Below are positions 41,192 through 50,574 of a stretch of DNA of 64,000 nucleotides, in pieces. The first letter of the stretch is position 1, and each line of letters begins with the position of its first letter. The translations under genes and the position numbers were made by a program. Below the pieces are notes generated by a model that made no database searches, was not told the DNA's origin, and was given only the letters and a program-made list of their open reading frames with translations. The stretch is from an uncultured Acidimicrobiaceae bacterium (GTDB lineage Bacteria > Actinomycetota > Acidimicrobiia > Spongiisociales > UBA5794): assembly GCA_947259365.1 (NCBI GenBank), contig CAMYMC010000008.1, positions 45,804-109,803 of the forward strand, in the 5' to 3' direction.

Positions 41192-42333
41192 CACACAACG
41201 CGAGAACCCATCGGCGGCAGTCCGGCGTGCCCGGTCCGGGCTTCGTCGCCGCGCTCGTCGTGACGGTCCTGCTGACGGTCACGGTCACCGTCGTCGCCAA
41301 CACGACACCGGCAGCGGCGTCGATCTCGTGCGGTGCCGGCACCGTCAACGCCGGCTCCTCGAAGGTGATCGGGGTGAGCGGCTCCAGCACCGAGAACGTG
41401 TTCCTCCTCATCGTCGGCGTGAGCGGCAACATCTCGGCCTCCCCGAACGGGCCCTTCGCCCACGTCGCCGGATCCTGGTCCGACTCGATTTCCGTGAGTG
41501 CATCCCTCGATGCGGCAGGGACCGGCACGGTGACCGTCAGCGAGAACGGGGCCTCCGGTGAGATCGACCGGTGTGCGATCTCGGTGACGATCAACCCGAC
41601 GACGACCACCACGACGACGACCACCACCACGACGACCCGGCCCCCGACGACGACCACCACCACGACCACGACCACCACGACCCTCCCCCCCACCACGACG
41701 ACCACGTCAACGACGACCACATCGACGACGACCACCACCACCCTGCCCCCCACGACGACGACCACGTCGACGACGACGACCACCGCCGCCCCGGTCCCGG
41801 TGACGTCGACGACCGTCGCGGCGCTGCCCCCGCAGGGCGGGAGCGACAGCGGGTTCCTCGGGGAGAACTGGCCGTGGCTGGCCGGTGTCGCCGGCGCCCT
41901 CGCTCTCGGAGCCTTCGTCGTCGCGATGATGCGCAGACGCGCCTACGGCCCCGTGGCCGCCCGGGCGGCGGTGGCGGGTGCCGGCCGGCGCCGGACGAAG
42001 AGGAGCGGTCCCCGGATCAAGGGCCCGACGCTGCGGCAGCGGGTACGGCGGACGAGCCTCGGCCGCAACATCTCCCGTCGCAGCCAGACGCCGAAGGTGC
42101 GCCGGGCCTCGCCGCTGCGAAGGGCGAGAACGCGGCCGGCCCGCCCGGGCGACGACAAGCCGTCGCTGCTGAGCCGGCTCTTCGGCGCGGCGCTCTTCGA
42201 CCGTCTCCGCTACTCGGGGTTTGGTGAGTCGATCCGGGCCCGCTCCTCTGCGCGCAGGGTGCGCTCTAGCATCGACACGCGGCGGGGGTCGGTCACCGCG
42301 AAGAAGCCCCCCAAGCTCAAACGGCGGCGCTGA
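41182..42333 (+). CDS. Surface protein: signal peptide, small beta domain, poly-Thr stalk, TM, Arg/Lys-rich tail
   Basis: Domain order read from translation; two Cys bracket the beta domain. Confidence 0.75.
   Translation: MTSAHNARTHRRQSGVPGPGFVAALVVTVLLTVTVTVVANTTPAAASISCGAGTVNAGSSKVIGVSGSSTENVFLLIVGVSGNISASPNGPFAHVAGSWSDSISVSASLDAAGTGTVTVSENGASGEIDRCAISVTINPTTTTTTTTTTTTTRPPTTTTTTTTTTTTLPPTTTTTSTTTTSTTTTTTLPPTTTTTSTTTTTAAPVPVTSTTVAALPPQGGSDSGFLGENWPWLAGVAGALALGAFVVAMMRRRAYGPVAARAAVAGAGRRRTKRSGPRIKGPTLRQRVRRTSLGRNISRRSQTPKVRRASPLRRARTRPARPGDDKPSLLSRLFGAALFDRLRYSGFGESIRARSSARRVRSSIDTRRGSVTAKKPPKLKRRR
41596..41784 (+). repeat. Coding ACS (Thr) low-complexity repeat
   Basis: ACG/ACC runs encoding PTTTT... 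blocks separated by RPP/LPP. Confidence 0.9.
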
Positions 42334-42334
42334 G

Positions 42335-43051
42335 CTACTCCGGGCCCTCCGGGAGCTCCTTGAGGAAGAACTCGGTCATACGCTCCAGCGCGTCCGCCGC
42401 TGCTCCCGGGGCGTAGCCATCCGCGGAGTCGTCGAGGAAGTCGTGGCCGACGCCTTCGTAGATGACGAACTCGCCGTGGGGAGCGACAGCCCGGTACGCA
42501 AGCACATCGTCGACCGGCACCACGTCGTCGTCCCGGCCGTAGATGCCGAGCAGCGGCACCGCGACGGGCACGCCTGCCGCCAGCGGGGAATACGCGAGAC
42601 AGATGGCGGCGCCGGCTCCGTCACGGACGGCGCGGAGGGCGTGAGGGCCGCCGGCTCCGAGCCCGAGGACGCCGAAGCCGTACTCGGCGCTCGACCAGAA
42701 CCCGGCGGGGTTGGTGACGAACGACGCAACGATCTCGATGTCGCCGCTCACCCGCTCGTCGCCGAGGGCACCGTGCGCTGATTCTGCCGCCTCTCTGTCG
42801 GCGCTGCGGGCGGGCCTCTCCCCGTCGTAGACGTCGGGCGCGATCGCCGCCAGCCCCCGGCGCGCCAGGCGGCGACACAGGTCCTTGACCGCGGGGGTGA
42901 CACCCCACACCGGAGCAGCGACGATCACGGTGGGCCACTCCCCGGCCAGGTCGGGCCGAGCCAGGTATGCAGTGCGGATCACCGGGCCGACAGACACACT
43001 CGTCGTCCCATACAAGATGGGCACCTTGCCCTCGCCCTTGAGGACGCTCAC
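42335..43051 (-). CDS. Dienelactone hydrolase family protein (nucleophile Cys absent)
   Basis: YLARP, RRLA-x2-G-x4-PD-x-Y, GVLGLGAGG, YG-x2-D, GHDF. Confidence 0.82.
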   Translation of the reverse strand: MSVLKGEGKVPILYGTTSVSVGPVIRTAYLARPDLAGEWPTVIVAAPVWGVTPAVKDLCRRLARRGLAAIAPDVYDGERPARSADREAAESAHGALGDERVSGDIEIVASFVTNPAGFWSSAEYGFGVLGLGAGGPHALRAVRDGAGAAICLAYSPLAAGVPVAVPLLGIYGRDDDVVPVDDVLAYRAVAPHGEFVIYEGVGHDFLDDSADGYAPGAAADALERMTEFFLKELPEGPE

Positions 43052-43782
43052 TGCTCCTCGCTCTCCCGGAATCGGCGGTCGGGCGGAAGCGTAGCCGGGC
43101 GCACCAACCGCACTTCTCCGGCGTGGAGCACCTGTTCTCCCGCAACGGTGTCGACGATGAGCCCGCCGTCGCTGTCGATCCCGACGGCGGTGCCGGCGCC
43201 GGCCGGCTCCCACGTCACGTCGCGTCCGATGGTGATGCACGCCTCCACGTACGCGTCGCGGTCCCAATCACCGCCGGCCACCGATGCGGCAAGCCAGCGA
43301 TCGACCCAGGCGCGCGCCAGCGCAGATGGCATCCCGGGCCCGGGGTCTGCATCGAGGAGGGCTGCGGCCCCTTCGGGAGGATCCGGCCACCACAGGTTGA
43401 CCCCACAGCCGATCACGAGGACGGGTTCGGATCGCTCGACGAGGATTCCTCCCACCTTTCCGTCCTCGGTCATGAGGTCGTTGGGCCACTTGAGCCCCAC
43501 CTCGACACCGCAGACCTCCTCGATGGCCTCACGGGCGGCGAGGCCCACCACGAGGGGGGCGATCGAGAGGCGTTCCAGGGACGCCGGCTCCTCCATGGCG
43601 AGCGACGAGTACATCGCCCGCGGCGCCGGCCACCACGTGTGACCGAACCGGCCCCGCCCCTTCTCCTGGCGCTCGGCGACGATGAGGAGGGGGCTTTCGC
43701 CACTCTCGAGGAACGCACGGCGCGCCTGGTCCTGGGTCGACGTGACGAGGCCGACCTCGACCATCGCGTAAGGTGTAGCCAT
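43048..43782 (-). CDS. birA: Biotin--[acetyl-CoA-carboxylase] ligase
   Basis: STQD, Q-x2-GRGR, LKWPND, KVGGILVE, G-x-GVN. Confidence 0.93.
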   Translation of the reverse strand: MATPYAMVEVGLVTSTQDQARRAFLESGESPLLIVAERQEKGRGRFGHTWWPAPRAMYSSLAMEEPASLERLSIAPLVVGLAAREAIEEVCGVEVGLKWPNDLMTEDGKVGGILVERSEPVLVIGCGVNLWWPDPPEGAAALLDADPGPGMPSALARAWVDRWLAASVAGGDWDRDAYVEACITIGRDVTWEPAGAGTAVGIDSDGGLIVDTVAGEQVLHAGEVRLVRPATLPPDRRFRESEEQ

Positions 43783-43851
43783 CTCGCACCGCCGTGAGTC
43801 AAAGAACCGAATCCCGTACAGCCGCCGGCGAGCCTACCCGGGGGGTCGGGC

Positions 43852-45402
43852 GTGAGCACCGACGAGCGGATCAAACATCTCAGGAAGCTGCGTGAGGAGG
43901 CGCTGCGCCCCGGCAACCAGCGCGCGGTCGACCGCCAGCACGACATGGGCAAGCTCACTGCCCGGGAGCGCATCGAGCTGCTCCTCGACAAGGCATCGTT
44001 CCAGGAGCTCGACCTCTTCGCCCGACACCAGGCCAAGGGCTTCGGGATCGAAGACAAGCGCCCGTTCGGGGACGCCGTCGTCACCGGGTGGGGCACGGTC
44101 GACGGACGGACCGTGTTCATCTTCGCCGAGGACTTCACCGAGTTCGGCGGCAGCCTCGGCGAGGTCGTCGCCGACAAGATCACGAAGGTCATGGACCTCG
44201 CCATGGAGACCGGAGCCCCCGTCGTGGCCCTCAAGGACTCAGGCGGGGCCCGCATCCAGGAGGGAGTCGTGTCCCTCGACGGATACGGCCGCATCTTCGA
44301 GCGGAACGTGAGGGCGTCGGGCGTCGTCCCTCAGGTCTCCGTCATCATGGGCCCATGCGCCGGCGGCGCGGTGTACTCGCCCGCCATCACCGATTTCGTC
44401 TACCAGGTCGAGGGCACGTCCCATCTCTTCATCACCGGGCCCGACGTCATCAAGGCCGTGACGGGTGAGGAGGTCTCGTTCGAGGAACTCGGCGGCGCCC
44501 ATGCCCACGCCGCCAACTCGGGCGTCACCCATTTCGTGGCTACGACCGGCCGCGAGGCCCTCGAGGAGGTGCGGTACCTGCTCTCGTTCCTCCCCTCCAA
44601 CAACATGGAGGTGCCCCCATACTTCACTCCGCTCGATCGCGCCGACCGGATGGACGAGGAACTCACCTCGATCATCCCCGATTCGCCCAACCAGCCGTAC
44701 GACATGGTCCACCTCGTCGAGCACGTCGTCGACGACGCCGAGTTCTATCAAGCGCACGAGCACTTCGCCCAGAACATCGTCGTCGGGTTCGCCAGGCTCG
44801 ACGGGTACACGATCGGCGTGATCGGCAACCAGCCGTCTGTGCTCGCCGGCACCCTCGACATCGATGCCTCGACGAAGGGAGCCCGGTTCATCCGCTTCTG
44901 CGACGCCTTCAACATCCCCATCGTGTCGTTCGTCGACGTGCCCGGGTTCATGCCGGGGGTCGACCAGGAGCACAGCGGCATCATCCGCCACGGCGCCAAG
45001 CTCCTCTACGCCTATGCCGAGGCCACCGTTCCCAAGCTCACCGTCATCACCCGCAAGGCGTACGGCGGCGCCTACGTGGTCATGAACTCCCGGGCGCTGC
45101 GCGCCGACGTCGTCTTCGCCTGGCCCACCGCCGAGATCGCCGTCATGGGCGCCCAGGGGGCCGTCAACGTCATCCACCGACGAGAGATCGCCGACGCGGA
45201 CGACCCCGAGGAGCGGCGCCGGGAGCTCATCACCGAGTACGAGGAGCGCTTCAACAACCCCTACCTCGCCGCGGAGCGAGGCCTCGTCGACGAGATCATC
45301 CAGCCCCGGGAGACGCGCCCGCGACTCATTCGCGCCTTCGACATGCTCCGCAACAAACGGGAGGCCATGCCGCCGCGCAAGCACGGCAACATCCCGCTGT
45401 GA
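43852..45402 (+). CDS. Acyl-CoA (propionyl-CoA) carboxylase carboxyltransferase subunit
   Basis: GKLTARER, GGARIQEG, GPCAGGAVYSPA, RKAYGGAY, KHGNIPL. Confidence 0.96.
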   Translation: MSTDERIKHLRKLREEALRPGNQRAVDRQHDMGKLTARERIELLLDKASFQELDLFARHQAKGFGIEDKRPFGDAVVTGWGTVDGRTVFIFAEDFTEFGGSLGEVVADKITKVMDLAMETGAPVVALKDSGGARIQEGVVSLDGYGRIFERNVRASGVVPQVSVIMGPCAGGAVYSPAITDFVYQVEGTSHLFITGPDVIKAVTGEEVSFEELGGAHAHAANSGVTHFVATTGREALEEVRYLLSFLPSNNMEVPPYFTPLDRADRMDEELTSIIPDSPNQPYDMVHLVEHVVDDAEFYQAHEHFAQNIVVGFARLDGYTIGVIGNQPSVLAGTLDIDASTKGARFIRFCDAFNIPIVSFVDVPGFMPGVDQEHSGIIRHGAKLLYAYAEATVPKLTVITRKAYGGAYVVMNSRALRADVVFAWPTAEIAVMGAQGAVNVIHRREIADADDPEERRRELITEYEERFNNPYLAAERGLVDEIIQPRETRPRLIRAFDMLRNKREAMPPRKHGNIPL

Positions 45403-45452
45403 ACGTGGCGACGGGATCGTGAGCGGGACCCGCGATCTCTAGGATGCCGCCC

Positions 45453-47204
45453 GTGGAGTCCCTCCTCATCACCAATCGCGGCGAGATCGCCATCCGGGTC
45501 ATTCGCGCCGCCCGCGAGCTGCGGATGCGGACGATCGCCGTCTACTCGGAGCTCGACCGCGACTCGCTCCATGTCGAGCTCGCCGACGAGGCGTGGAACA
45601 TCGGGCCGGCACCGGCCGCCGAGTCGTACCTGAACATCGAGCGGCTCATCGGGGTCGCCGTCGAGTCGGGGGCCGAGGCGGTGCACCCCGGGTACGGGTT
45701 CCTCGCCGAGAACGCGGGGTTCGCCACCGCGGTCCTCGACGCCGGCCTCGTCTGGGTGGGCCCGCCGCCGGATGCGATCGCAATGATGGGCGACAAGATC
45801 GCATCCCGTAACGCCGCAGACGCGGCCGGCGTCGCCTCCGTGCCCGGCTCGCTGGAGCCGTTGGGGACCGCCGACGAGGTCGCCGCCTTCGCCACCGACC
45901 ACGGTTACCCCATCGCCATCAAAGCCGCCCACGGCGGCGGGGGCCGAGGCCTGAAGGTCGTGCACGACGCCGGTGATCTCGAGGCGGCGTTCGAGTCGGC
46001 GAAGCGGGAGGCGGACGCCTGGTTCGGGTCCCCGGAGGTCTACGTCGAGCGCTATCTCCAGCGGCCGCGGCACATCGAGGCCCAGATCATCGTCGACACC
46101 CATGGCACCGCTGCGTTCCTCGGAGAGCGTGATTGCTCCGTCCAGCGTCGCCACCAGAAGCTCATCGAGGAGACGCCCGCCGTCGGCTTCGCCGACGAGC
46201 AGCGAACCGCCCTGGGCGAGGCCGCGCTCTCGGTCGCTCGCGCCGCCGACTACGTCAACGCCGGCACGGTCGAGTTCCTCCTCGACCAGAGTGGCGAGTT
46301 CTACTTCCTTGAAATGAACACGAGGATCCAGGTCGAGCACACCATCACCGAGATGGTCACCGGCATCGACCTCGTCAAGGAGCAGCTGAGGGTCGCCGGC
46401 GGCGAGCCGCTGTCGTTCACGACGCCGGTCGCAACCCGCGGCCACGCCATCGAGTTCCGCATCAACGCGGAGGACGTGGCCGCCGGCTTCCTCCCCAACC
46501 CGGGGCGAATCGCCGAGTACCGGGAGCCCGCCGGCTTCGGGGTGAGGGTCGACAGCGGCGTCCGCACCGGTGCGGCGATCTCCCAGTACTACGACAATCT
46601 CATCGCCAAGCTCGTGATCTGGGGCCGGGACCGCACCGAGGCACTGGAGCGTGGCCAGACGGCCCTCGAGAGCTTCCGCATCGCCGGCGTGGAAACGACG
46701 ATACCGGCCCATCTCCGCATCATCGGCACCGCCGAGTTCCGTGAGGGCAAGCACCACACGAAGTGGCTTGAGGACGAGCTCGACTTCAGCGACATCCCCA
46801 AGGCGACGTCGCCGACGTTGCCGGCGGACGAGGAGCTCGAGGAGCGCTCGATGACCGTCGAGGTCGGGGGCCGCCGTTACGTCGTGCGGTTCTGGTCGCC
46901 GGTGCTCGCCGCCCCTGCGAGCGGCGGGCAGCGGGCGGCTCCCCGCCGCCGGGCACCGAAGCTGGAACGCCAGGCGCCGTCCGCCGAGGGTGCCGGCGTC
47001 ATCACGGCGCCGATGCAGGGAACGATCGTCAAGGTCCACAAGCCGGCCGGCTCCTCGGTCGAGGCGGGAGAGGCCGTCGCCGTGCTCGAAGCGATGAAGA
47101 TGGAGAACGAGATCAAGGCACCCGTCTCCGGCGAGATCGTGGACCTCAGGGTGCAGCCGGGCGACGCCGTTGCGAGCGGCGCCGTCATCATGATCATCCG
47201 CTGA
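45453..47204 (+). CDS. Acetyl/propionyl-CoA carboxylase alpha subunit (BC + BCCP)
   Basis: NRGEIA, HPGYGFLAEN, GGGGRG, EMNTRIQVEH, EAMKM; GTG 45453 follows TAGGAT -10 (ATG 45444 is an alternative start). Confidence 0.96.
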   Translation: MESLLITNRGEIAIRVIRAARELRMRTIAVYSELDRDSLHVELADEAWNIGPAPAAESYLNIERLIGVAVESGAEAVHPGYGFLAENAGFATAVLDAGLVWVGPPPDAIAMMGDKIASRNAADAAGVASVPGSLEPLGTADEVAAFATDHGYPIAIKAAHGGGGRGLKVVHDAGDLEAAFESAKREADAWFGSPEVYVERYLQRPRHIEAQIIVDTHGTAAFLGERDCSVQRRHQKLIEETPAVGFADEQRTALGEAALSVARAADYVNAGTVEFLLDQSGEFYFLEMNTRIQVEHTITEMVTGIDLVKEQLRVAGGEPLSFTTPVATRGHAIEFRINAEDVAAGFLPNPGRIAEYREPAGFGVRVDSGVRTGAAISQYYDNLIAKLVIWGRDRTEALERGQTALESFRIAGVETTIPAHLRIIGTAEFREGKHHTKWLEDELDFSDIPKATSPTLPADEELEERSMTVEVGGRRYVVRFWSPVLAAPASGGQRAAPRRRAPKLERQAPSAEGAGVITAPMQGTIVKVHKPAGSSVEAGEAVAVLEAMKMENEIKAPVSGEIVDLRVQPGDAVASGAVIMIIR

Positions 47205-47283
47205 CGACCCGGCGCTGTTGCAGACGCGCCGATGTTCGATTGCAGGGGCGCCCTCCTCCAACTACCGCGGGCGCCGCGCCTGG

Positions 47284-47421
47284 TCAGCTCCGTGCCGAGG
47301 CGAGCTTGCGGACCTCGTTCGCGAGCTGTGCCTGGCGCTCTTCGATCTTGGCGAGCTCGCGCACGATCCGATCGAGCCTCTCGACGATGAGCTGGTTCGT
47401 CGGTCGGGTGGCGGCGGCCAT
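47284..47421 (-). CDS. 45-aa coiled-coil small protein
   Basis: MAAATRPTNQLIVERLDRIVRELAKIEERQAQLANEVRKLASARS; strong GGGAGGTGA SD; GC3-rich codons; below ORF-track cutoff. Confidence 0.7.
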   Translation of the reverse strand: MAAATRPTNQLIVERLDRIVRELAKIEERQAQLANEVRKLASARS

Positions 47422-47491
47422 TGGTCACCTCCCTTCGCGGCGTCGGCACGCCCAAGGTCTTCACCGCCCTGAGCGGCGTTTCCCCGAGGCG

Positions 47492-48859
47492 TCACTCCGC
47501 GGCTTCGCTGATGCTCTCCGTGAGTGAGGGATGGACCATGAGCGTCTCCACGAGCATCTCGACGTGAAGCCTGGCGGTGACGGCGAGCGCGATCGGGGCG
47601 ATGAGCTCGGAGGCGTGATGTCCCACGACGGTACCGCCGAGCACGATCCGCGTCGCCGGGTCTGAGATCACTTTGGCGAACCCGAGCGGGTTCCCCTGGA
47701 TGAGGGCGCGCGGGTTGGCGGCGAAGGGGACCTTGGTGATCCGGACCTTGCGCCCCTCGGCGGCTGCGTCGACCTCCTCGAGGCCCACCGATGCGATCTC
47801 CGGCTCGGTGAAGATCGCCTGGGTGACCTTTCGATAGTCGAGCGGCTCCACGTCGTGGCCGGTGACGTGGCGGGCGATCTTGCGGCCCTGCATCGCCGCC
47901 ACCGACGACAGCGGGAGCTGACCGGTGACGTCCCCGGCCGCGTAGATGTGCGAAACAGCGGTGCGCTGATACTCGTCGACGGGGAGGTGGCCGGACCCCG
48001 TCACGTCGATACCGGCGGCGTCGAGCCCGAGGTCCTCGGTGTTGGGCACCGAGCCGACCGCGAGGAGGCAGTGCGAGCCGCGCACGGTGCGCCCGTCCTC
48101 GGTCGTGACGGACACGCCGTCACCGTCGATCTCCGCAGCCGCCGCCCTGGACCCCTTGAGGAGCGTCACGCCGCGGGCGATGAAGTCCTCCTCGAGAACG
48201 GTGGCCACCTCGGCGTCGCGATGCGGGAGCACGTGGTGCCTGCTGACGAGCAGCGTGACGTCGGCGCCGAGGCTCGAGAAGATGTGCACCATCTCGACCC
48301 CGGAGACGCCGGAACCGACGATGACGAGACGTTCGGGGAGCTCGGCGAGGTGGTAGGCATGGCGGGTCGTCAGAATCCGCTCTCCATCGACGTTCGCCCA
48401 CTCGGGTACGAAGGGCCGGCTCCCGGTCGCCACGAGCGCGGCGTCGAACTCGATCGTCACCGTGCCGTCCCCGGTCGCCGCCTCGGCGCGATGGGGCCCG
48501 ACGAAACGGGCGCGCCCGTGCACGATGTCCACCCCCTGGGACTCGAGCATGTCGACGATGCCCCTGCCCAGCGTCCCGGTGATCCCGTCGAGATGTTCCC
48601 CCAGCCGCTTCATGTCGATCGACACGTCGCCCGGCTCGGTCACCCCCAGGCGGGAGGCGCCGCGGATCGCGGCGAGTCGCATCGAGCTGGCGGCCATCGC
48701 CTTCGACGGGATGCAGTCCCAGAGATGAGCGGCACCGCCGACGATCGTGTCCTCGACGACGGTGACCTCCGCGCCCAGGGTCGCAGCCGCGGTCGCGGCG
48801 GCATTGCCGGCAGGGCCGCCGCCGATGATGAGGAGGCGGAGTGGGTGGTCTTGGGACAT
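47492..48859 (-). CDS. NAD(P)H-quinone dehydrogenase (Rv3303c/LpdA-type flavoprotein)
   Basis: GGGPAG, GGAAHLWDCIPSK with a single Cys, GSGVSG, AMQGR, HPSL. Confidence 0.88.
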   Translation of the reverse strand: MSQDHPLRLLIIGGGPAGNAAATAAATLGAEVTVVEDTIVGGAAHLWDCIPSKAMAASSMRLAAIRGASRLGVTEPGDVSIDMKRLGEHLDGITGTLGRGIVDMLESQGVDIVHGRARFVGPHRAEAATGDGTVTIEFDAALVATGSRPFVPEWANVDGERILTTRHAYHLAELPERLVIVGSGVSGVEMVHIFSSLGADVTLLVSRHHVLPHRDAEVATVLEEDFIARGVTLLKGSRAAAAEIDGDGVSVTTEDGRTVRGSHCLLAVGSVPNTEDLGLDAAGIDVTGSGHLPVDEYQRTAVSHIYAAGDVTGQLPLSSVAAMQGRKIARHVTGHDVEPLDYRKVTQAIFTEPEIASVGLEEVDAAAEGRKVRITKVPFAANPRALIQGNPLGFAKVISDPATRIVLGGTVVGHHASELIAPIALAVTARLHVEMLVETLMVHPSLTESISEAAE

Positions 48860-48888
48860 CCCGGCCAGGTTAGGCGAGCGGCGGCTCG

Positions 48889-50454
48889 TCACCGATGGGT
48901 GCCGAAGACCTCTCTCAGGACGCCGGAGACCTCGCCCACGGTGGCCAGCGAACGCAGCGCCTCCTTCATCGGGTCGAGGAGGTTGCCGCTGCCTCGGGCT
49001 GCGTCGCGCACGTCGTCGAGCGCGGCCGACACGGCCGCATCGTCACGACGCGACCGCAGCGCCTCGAGCCCCGCCCGCTGCTCGGCCTCGACCCGGGGAT
49101 CGAGCGTCATCCCCGGTGAGGCGGTGTCTCCTGCGACCACGAAGTCGTTCACCCCGACGACGACCCGACTGCGATCCTCGACGTCGGTGGCGTGGCGGTA
49201 CGCCGAGTCCTCGATCTCCCGCTGGGGGAAGGCCTCCTCGATGGCGCGCACCGCACCCCCCATCTCGTCGATGCGCCCGATGAGCTCGAGGGCCTCCTCC
49301 TCAACGGCATCGGTGAGGGATTCCACGAAGTACGACCCGGCGAGGGGATCCACGGTGTCGCCGACGCCGGACTCGAACGCGAGGATCTGCTGGGTTCTGA
49401 GCGCGATCGTCGCCGACTCCTCGGTGGGGAGCCCCAGCGCCTCGTCATACGAGTTCGTGTGCAGCGATTGGGTGCCCCCGAGGACGCCGGCGAGCGCCTG
49501 GATCGTCGTCCGCACGATGTTGTTGGCCGGCTGTTGCGCGGTGAGCGTCGAGCCGGCCGTCTGGGTGTGGAATCGCATCCGCCACGACGCGGGATCCCTT
49601 GCCCCGACCCGCTCCCGCATCAGCCGTGCCCACAGCCGGCGCGCAGCCCGAAACTTCGCAACCTCCTCGAACAGGTGGTTGTGCGCGTTCCAGAAGAACG
49701 ACAGCCGGGGAGCGAACACGTCGACGTCGAGCCCGGCGCCGCGGGCAGCCTCCACGTAGGCGAGGCCGTTGGCGATCGTGAACGCCACCTCTTGTGCCGC
49801 CGTCGCCCCCGCCTCGCGGATGTGATAGCCAGAGATGGAGATCGTGTTCCACTGTGGCAGCTCGCGGGCGCAATACCCGAAGAGGTCCGTCACGAGCCGC
49901 ATAGACGGTCCGACCGGGTAGACGTACGTGCCCCTGGCGATGTACTCCTTGAGGATGTCGTTCTGCACCGTGCCCCGCACCCGGTCGGGGGCGACGCCTT
50001 GCTCCTCGGCGATGAGCTGGTAGAGGAGAACGAGGATCGCGGCGGTGGCGTTGATCGTCATCGACGTCGTCACCTCGCCGAGCGGGATGCCGGCGAAGAG
50101 ACGCCGCATGTCCTCGAGCGAGTCGACGGCGACGCCGACCTTGCCCACCTCCCCCTCGGCCATGGGAGCGTCGGAGTCGAGACCCATCTGGGTCGGCAGG
50201 TCGAACGCAACCGAGAGCCCCGTCTGGCCGGCATCGAGAAGCGCACGGAACCTCGCGTTCGTCGCCTCGGCGGTGCCGAAACCGGCGTACTGGCGCATCG
50301 TCCATCGCCGCCCCCGGTACATCGTGGAGTACGGGCCCCTCGTGAACGGGTACTCGCCGGGAACGCCGAGCTGGGTCTCCGCGTCCCAGCCTTCGAGATG
50401 AGCCGGGGTGTAGACGGGCTCGATCTCGAACCCGCTCGTGGCCTCTCCGTGCAT
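48889..50454 (-). CDS. Methylmalonyl-CoA mutase, substrate-binding large subunit
   Basis: [46 protein letters not shown]; no B12-binding domain. Confidence 0.95.
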   Translation of the reverse strand: MHGEATSGFEIEPVYTPAHLEGWDAETQLGVPGEYPFTRGPYSTMYRGRRWTMRQYAGFGTAEATNARFRALLDAGQTGLSVAFDLPTQMGLDSDAPMAEGEVGKVGVAVDSLEDMRRLFAGIPLGEVTTSMTINATAAILVLLYQLIAEEQGVAPDRVRGTVQNDILKEYIARGTYVYPVGPSMRLVTDLFGYCARELPQWNTISISGYHIREAGATAAQEVAFTIANGLAYVEAARGAGLDVDVFAPRLSFFWNAHNHLFEEVAKFRAARRLWARLMRERVGARDPASWRMRFHTQTAGSTLTAQQPANNIVRTTIQALAGVLGGTQSLHTNSYDEALGLPTEESATIALRTQQILAFESGVGDTVDPLAGSYFVESLTDAVEEEALELIGRIDEMGGAVRAIEEAFPQREIEDSAYRHATDVEDRSRVVVGVNDFVVAGDTASPGMTLDPRVEAEQRAGLEALRSRRDDAAVSAALDDVRDAARGSGNLLDPMKEALRSLATVGEVSGVLREVFGTHR

Positions 50455-50574
50455 GATCACCACCCAAAATGAACCGGGCTGCACCGGCGGATTCCTAACA
50501 TCCCGGTGCGGCGGCACCGATGGTACCGCCGGGAACTTTCCCCCTCTCCGAGACGTCTCACACCCTTGAAGCCC

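Noticed and set aside
41596-41784. CRISPR array, or the antisense poly-Val ORF 41130-41783
   Set aside because: Degenerate ACS codon repeat with no repeat-spacer structure; the Val ORF is its antisense shadow.
47492-48859. Single-Cys disulfide reductase as a novel pseudoenzyme
   Set aside because: Matches the known Rv3303c/LpdA NAD(P)H-quinone reductase type.
48889-50454. Isobutyryl- or hydroxyisobutyryl-CoA mutase
   Set aside because: RQYAG (Tyr) and EYIAR (Arg) specificity residues indicate methylmalonyl-CoA mutase; a split B12 subunit is common.
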